Shown one piece after another: positions 63,601 through 64,000 of a stretch of 64,000 nucleotides of DNA. The notes below the pieces were generated by a model. That model had not been told where the DNA came from. It was given only the letters and a program-made list of their open reading frames with translations, and made no database searches. The first letter of the stretch is position 1. Each line of letters begins with the position of its first letter. The position numbers and the translations under genes are program-made. The stretch is taken from assembly GCF_009914755.1 (NCBI RefSeq), contig NC_060927.1, one strand, 5' to 3'. Source of the DNA: the human T2T-CHM13v2.0 reference genome, Homo sapiens.

Positions 63601-64000
63601 GTACATCAAATATAGATTATATACTGTACATATAATATCAATGTACCCGAAATATATATTTTATACTCTACATGAAATATCAAAGTTCACAAACCATATA
63701 TTGTATACTGCACATAAAATATCAAAATACCCAAGGTATATATTCTACACTGTACAAAAAATATCAAAGTACCCAAAGCAGGTATTATATACTGTACATA
63801 AAATATGAAAGTACATCAAATATATATTTTCTTCTGTACATAAAATATCAAAGTACACCAGATATATATTCTATAGCGTACATAAAATATCAAAGTACAC
63901 AAACTATACATTATATACTGTACATAAAATATGAAATTACATCAAATATATATTATATTAGGTACATAAAATATGAAAGTACATCAAATATAGATTATAT
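42663..64000 (+). repeat. Second, partial copy of the macro-repeat (equivalent to 1..21338)
   Basis: Same private variants in the same order at +42662 through to the window end (for example CTTCTGTACA at 21169 and 63831). Only scattered substitutions differ. Confidence 0.95.

Larger units (their letters stand above)
1..64000 (+). repeat. HSat1A (human Satellite 1 / SAR) tandem array, 42-bp monomer, about 170 9-mer HORs
   Basis: Every line is a variant of CTGTACATAAAATATCAAAGTACCCAAACTATATATTATATA (42 bp, 9/42 GC). Two GTAC (RsaI) sites per monomer split it into 17-bp ACATAAAATAT(C/G)AAAGT and 25-bp ACCCAAA...TATACTGT units, the classical Satellite 1 A/B structure. Orientation is the same throughout. 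The family name comes from recall, not a database search. Confidence 0.95.

Noticed and set aside
1-64000. CRISPR-like array (constant TGTACATAAAATAT plus variable segment)
   Set aside because: The variable parts are homologous to each other and cycle every nine monomers. There are no unique spacers, leader or cas genes.
1-64000. Transposon insertion, inversion or non-satellite island
   Set aside because: I found no stretch departing from the monomer pattern or switching strand. The oddest segment (35591-35610) is still a mutated M9/M1 junction.
1-64000. TATA boxes or promoters (TATAAA in M8 and M6 variants)
   Set aside because: Such motifs are expected by chance in TA-rich satellite and have no supporting promoter context.
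1-64000. Alpha satellite, CENP-B boxes, HSat1B or HSat2/3, and assignment to a specific chromosome
   Set aside because: There is no 171-bp period, CATTC repeat or Alu-derived segment. Chromosome and species cannot be fixed from the sequence alone without alignment.

Overview
The whole 64 kb window is one uninterrupted, single-orientation array of an AT-rich (~79% AT) 42-bp satellite. It matches classical human Satellite 1 (HSat1A / SAR), known from (peri)centromeric and acrocentric short-arm heterochromatin of human and related apes. I see no genes, RNA genes, transposons, CRISPR arrays or inversions. All listed ORFs are by-products of the 42-bp (14-codon) period. The array is hierarchically nested: 17+25-bp GTAC-delimited subunits, 42-bp monomers, a 9-mer higher-order repeat (HOR, 378 bp, or 373 bp with a 5-bp deletion) in three subtypes, local super-repeats (751, 755, 913/918, ~1124-1129, 1507, 3917 and 7062/7855 bp), and a 42,662-bp macro-repeat seen 1.5 times with no net indel. 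The most intriguing functional hypothesis is speculative: a + strand transcript would carry about six Pumilio elements (UGUAHAUA) per 378 nt. All counts were made by eye or from ORF-track offsets and need computational confirmation. Monomers are called M1-M9, in the order given in the 17794..18171 feature.
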